From Eledone cirrhosa (Eukaryota): a DNA stretch of 64,000 nt. A model generated the notes under the pieces. It was not told where the DNA came from. It worked only from the letters and a program-made list of their open reading frames with translations, and searched no databases. Below, piece after piece: positions 59,511 through 64,000 of this stretch. The stretch covers positions 50,840,001 to 50,904,000 of the forward strand of contig OZ024749.1 of NCBI GenBank assembly GCA_964016885.1, given 5' to 3'. A program made the translations under genes and the position numbers. The number at the start of each line of letters is the position of its first letter. Position 1 is the first letter of the stretch.

Positions 59511-60886
59511 TAAAGAAAAATGGTCGCACATGCAATAGGGGCTAGTATCAAAACTACCATAAAGGGCCACATATTTAAGTTCAATGAGAAAATCTACACC
59601 CAAAATGAGGGAGCAGCCATCGGCGTCAGCATAGCTGGTGATGTTGCGAACCTTTTTATGGTATGGTGGGAAAGGAGACTTAAAGATCTCCTTAATGAAA
59701 GCTTCATAGACCTCATCATGTACTCTCGTTATGTAGACGATATCAATATAGTTATAAGAACACCCCCACTAGAGAGCACTAACAAGTTTGATTTAGAACG
59801 TAGCACGATGGAAAGCATCCAGCAGATAGCTAATTCGATACACCAGAGTATAACTGTAACTATCGACTTCCCTTCCAAACACCCTAACAATAGACTACCT
59901 GTATTAGACACAGAACTCTGGATTAACACTATAGACGAGAGAGCCCAAATTCTCCACTCAAACTATGCTAAACCCATGGCCTCCAAATACCTGATACTCA
60001 ATAACTCAGCAATGTCCAGTAGTGCTAAGTTTAATATTCTGATCGCAGATTTGGTACGAGTGATGAAGAATGTGTCCAGCATGTGCGACCCAACAGAAAT
60101 GGAAAGACACATCCAACACTTATCAACCGCATGCAGTTCTCTGGCTACAACCAAAGAGACAGAGTCAGAGTATACGAAGGAGCCATGGAGAAGTATAAGA
60201 CCCTCATAGAACTGGACATGAAAGGAATTTGCCCATTATACAGGAGCAAATCATGGAATAGCTTAGATAGGGATAGACATAAGATAGGGAAGGCCACAGC
60301 ATGGTACGACAACCAGAGATATCAGAGTGTCATGTTTGTGGACGCCACCCCTGGAGGGAAATTAGCTAACCAGTGTAGAAAGGCCCTGAGAAAGACCCAC
60401 TTAAAAATAAAGGTGGTAGAAAAGCCAGGAACCACCATAAAATCCCTGATCAGCAAAACCTACCCTTTTAAGAAAACACACTGTACTAATAGGAAATGTA
60501 TCATATGTAAGGTGAACCCTCGGATAAACTGTAAAACTAGAAACGTAGTCTATAGCATAAGATGTACAGAGAGTACTTGCAGAAACATGACAACAACATA
60601 CATAGGTGAGACAGCTCGTAGCATAGGTGAAAGGATAGACCAACACTGGGGGGAACTAAAAGGACAAAAAAACGGGTCAGTACTATACGAACATGCTAGA
60701 CAAAAACATGACGGTAACATAGACAACATAGAAATTAGAATAATATCTAAACATAGGAATGACCCAGCAGATAGGCAAATCAGATAGGCCAGTGAAATAG
60801 AAATTAGAAGACCAAAGCTAAACAGAAAGAATGAGTGGAACAACAACAACACCCAAACAAACAACACTGACCTAAGAGAAGTATAA
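59511..60886 (+). pseudogene. PLE reverse transcriptase (C-terminal part) plus GIY-YIG endonuclease, disrupted by a 1-nt frameshift (~60120) and an in-frame TAG (60785-60787)
   Basis: RT motifs QNEGAAIGVSIAGDVANLFM, YSRYVDD and LPVLD. Linker FVDATPGGKLA..KIKVVEKPG..IKSLISKTYPF and Cys cluster CTNRKCIIC. GIY-YIG CKTRNVVYSIRC..C..YIGETARSIGER. Reading through the TAG gives ..ASEIEIRRPKLNRKNEW.. to TAA at 60884-60886. Confidence 0.93.
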
Positions 60887-61159
60887 ATAATAAAATAAAA
60901 TAAAATAAAATAAGATAAATAAATACATACGCAAGCACAATAACAACAAGCACATAAACACACACTAGTCACCCAGCAGACACAACACTATACACACTAG
61001 TCACACAGCAAACATAACATTATACACACGCGCAAACGCATGCGCAAAGAAGACAACATAAAATAAACAAACAAGCAAATAAATAACTAAATATATAGAC
61101 AGACTGAATAAAAAATGGCGTAGACATACAACACGACAGGAGGAAAAAATATAACACCA

Positions 61160-61187
61160 CTGACGATGTTGCAGATGTGCAACGAAA
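61160..61187 (+). ncRNA. Hammerhead ribozyme-like core in the PLE 3' tail
   Basis: CTGACGA t GTTGCA gatg TGCAAC GAAA; stem II perfect, stems I and III weak. Confidence 0.65.
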
Positions 61188-62956
61188 GATTTATGTAAAT
61201 TATGTAAACTATATATATGTGTTTGTGTCTATATTGTATCTGTATTATTTTTGACCGTCGGTCAGTCAATGGCAACATTGAGGACCGAGTAAGTTAGATC
61301 GCAGATATAAAAGACAGCGAGAAGCGAAAACCAACCAAACAGTGAGTGTGTTCTGTTATTAATTCTGGCAATATTACACAAATATGACCCTCCCCAAGTA
61401 TAACAATATATATATATATATATATATATACATACTTTCTTACATAAATATTCATGATGTTATATGGCTGTATGTATGCAAGTGTTTCTATTATAATTAT
61501 ATATTCCCATTATTTAGATGGTCTAATAGATAATAAGATAATGAGTATATGAGTTAAACGATTCGTTTAGACGTAGGTATTAATAATGTATTTATATGAA
61601 ATTAATGGAGTTGCTCTTTCATCTTGATTCAAATGACGTTTCTATGGGTAATGGTTTCTAAAGAAAGTAAGAAACTCTGGGTCAAATATACATGATGGAT
61701 ATTATATTATCAAACATTAAGAAATATATAGTAATGGCCATTTTATCAAAATAATATAATGATATGCATGCAGTTATATGTGTATGTATTTATGTATGTG
61801 CGTTTAGTTGTGTGTGCGCGCGAATGTATGTGTGTATGTGTACACTGAATGAAATTGGTAATCAGAAAATATAGTCGATGTTAAATAATCATATATAACG
61901 TTTGTAGTTACCCTGTCTCTACTTTACTTTTGTATAAAATTATACGAACATATCTATATACTTCTACAAAATCCCTTAAGTCAGGACGATAATCCATTAT
62001 ATTTGTAAGTTTGTTAGTCAAGGCTGATTAGAAAACGAGACACCGTACCTACCAGGAAGCTGTTGAAAAACTTGTCCTAATCCTTACATCTTATAAATTA
62101 CCCTATGAGGACAAACAGACAATTTGAATCAGTTGTATCGATGGAAAGATGGCATATAATTCTCAACCAGAGGCACATTTTATAAATAACCTTCTCTATT
62201 ATATACATACGATGAGGAAGATCATATGATTTCGACGTCAGCTGTCTAGTTAATAAACTAAGAAAAATCCAGCTGATCTAATGGATATTGTGAGTTATAT
62301 AACACAGATGGCTGCAGAAATAAAACATTTCGTCTGACATCATTATAATTCCGAAGAATACCACGAAGTAACGAAAAATGTATAGGATATGAAGAGATAA
62401 AAAAATAAATTTAATGAAAAAAAAAAAGAAATGTATAAAATAAAGCATCAACAAGCAAATATATCAACACATATAACAACTCATTTATTTTAGTCGGCTC
62501 AAATCCGTAGACTTGTTTGAAGGAGAGACAGGGTCCGCAAACAATGCATTGAATAATATATTTAATAGTATAGAAGTTACAGCATAATGTTCAGAACAAT
62601 ATGTTATCAGAAAATCTATTCATTATCGGAATATTATACCTGTATCTCTTGTTCAATGAAGGCTGTTTTAAATTGTATACGATTCCATAGAGAAAATGCC
62701 AGCTGCCATGAAATGCAATTTGTAATCATGGCAGGTATGATTATATCAGTTTAGAGCTGAAAATAGAATTATAATTTCATTCATGGATAAATACAGAGAA
62801 GATCCAATTAATTAACTACAAAGAGCAGTGACTATAACAGTGAGTGGCGAGTCACAAGAGAGATGATGAAGTAACTATTCAACAGTTAAAAAGACGAAAT
62901 TCAGTGAGAGCTAATGATATGTTTAAAGTAACACCTTTAAAGTACATATGTACAAG

Positions 62957-63035
62957 TAATATTCAATACTAGTTTATTACATAATATTCAATACTAGTTT
63001 ATTACATAATATTCAATACTAGTTTATTACATAAT
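62957..63035. repeat. 25-bp tandem repeat, three perfect copies
   Basis: Unit taatattcaatactagtttattaca. Confidence 0.95.
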
Positions 63036-63464
63036 TAGACCTACACGAATATGTCAGTTTCTGTCGTTAAGCTTTCGCTAGAGAGCATTATTTATATGCA
63101 TATACATTACTAATTTAAGCTACTGATGAGGTACATACATATAGATTACTTATTTAATTTACTGAGGACGTATATTATGGGATAATATATTTAGCAGTAA
63201 ATCAACGACGAGTATTGGATTAAACATTTAATATAAACATGCTAATTTATCAAGAATTTGAGGATGAGAAAAGGAAACCACAGGTGGCAGATATAAGACA
63301 CACATGCACATACTGGGTTACATATCGACTGAAATCATACACATATTTAGCTTTGTTGGAGATAAAAACATTGATGATGTAGTGTGTTCCGTAAGTCGGG
63401 AGAATGACAATAAACTGAAGGATAACTGAGTAAAGGTCGTTTAATAGTTCTAGACTATTAAGAT

Positions 63465-63592
63465 TAAATCTCGCCTTTCATTTATACGAGGTCGATAAAA
63501 TAAAGTACCAGTTACGCACTGAAGTTGATTTAATCGACTTTCCGCTCCTCTAAACATTCTGGACTTGTTCCTAAATCAGAAACAGTTATTTT
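63465..63592 (+). mobile_element. Related SINE subfamily with a longer 3' segment; degenerate relative at ~735-860
   Basis: Core followed by an extra gttgatttaatcgact segment before the tail. Confidence 0.7.
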
Positions 63593-64000
63593 ACTCGGGT
63601 AACATTTTGGGAAACACCATTAAAATAAATCTAAACAGATTAGTTTAGTAAATTGTATAATTAATTCATCAATAGCGAATGTGTATTGGACTCCATCTGA
63701 TCGACCGTATGTTATCATGGGAGAGAATATTATTTATGATCAGTACAGAAGATAAAAACTATAGGAATTACATGGACATTGTATTAGTCAGTTGGCTTTT
63801 GTATAATCGCTATATATAACATCTAAACTAATATAGCGCATGATTTTACTTCAATAAAGTGATAAACATATTTAGAAATGATGTCATTTAGAAGAATGAT
63901 TGAGTGTATAGGCGCTTAGCGTTAAGGTAAAATTATCATTCTTGCTAGAATTAATACAGTCATCAAATCACGGTAACAATGATATTTGGAGAGATGTGTT

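Larger units (their letters stand above)
58137..61409 (+). mobile_element. Penelope-like element (Naiad-like), 5'-truncated, with a 5' inverted duplication of its 3' end, inserted in (TA)n
   Basis: RT and GIY-YIG coding sequence at 59511-60886. Segment 58177-59509 is the reverse complement of 60128-61409. (TA)n lies on both flanks. HHR-like core in the 3' tail. Confidence 0.92.

Noticed and set aside
60083-60209. Programmed frameshift between RT and endonuclease
   Set aside because: A single-base loss (caa cac tt atc aac) explains it, PLEs normally have one ORF, and there is no slippery heptamer.
59511-61300. Selenoprotein/SECIS, as reported for some Naiad PLEs
   Set aside because: The in-frame stop is TAG, not TGA, and is GAG in the other arm. 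The UTR hairpin lacks a proper SECIS core geometry.
62957-63035. CRISPR-like array
   Set aside because: Contiguous tandem repeat with no spacers, in eukaryotic DNA.

Overview
Very AT-rich, microsatellite-laden eukaryotic intronic or intergenic DNA. The SINE and (TA)n landscape suggests an octopod cephalopod (inference). No host gene can be called with confidence, and almost all listed ORFs are (TA)n/(CA)n translation artefacts. Recognisable elements: (1) a 5'-truncated Penelope-like element (PLE, Naiad-like RT plus GIY-YIG endonuclease) at ~58.1-61.4 kb, with ~1.3 kb of its 3' end duplicated in inverted orientation; (2) about 11 copies of a tRNA-derived SINE, several with target-site duplications; (3) CR1/L2-like and RTE-like LINE remnants, a mariner-type MITE and a possible Helitron-like element. 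The most striking signal is about 9 families of short non-coding elements embedded in (TA)n tracts. They carry type I hammerhead ribozyme (HHR) motifs (CTGANGA-stem II-GAAA-stem III), often with a palindromic stem III, and often fold back into long near-perfect hairpins. They look like a PLE-derived 'hairpin retrozyme' population with the same architecture as the coding PLE. All calls were made by eye; no searches or folding programs were run.
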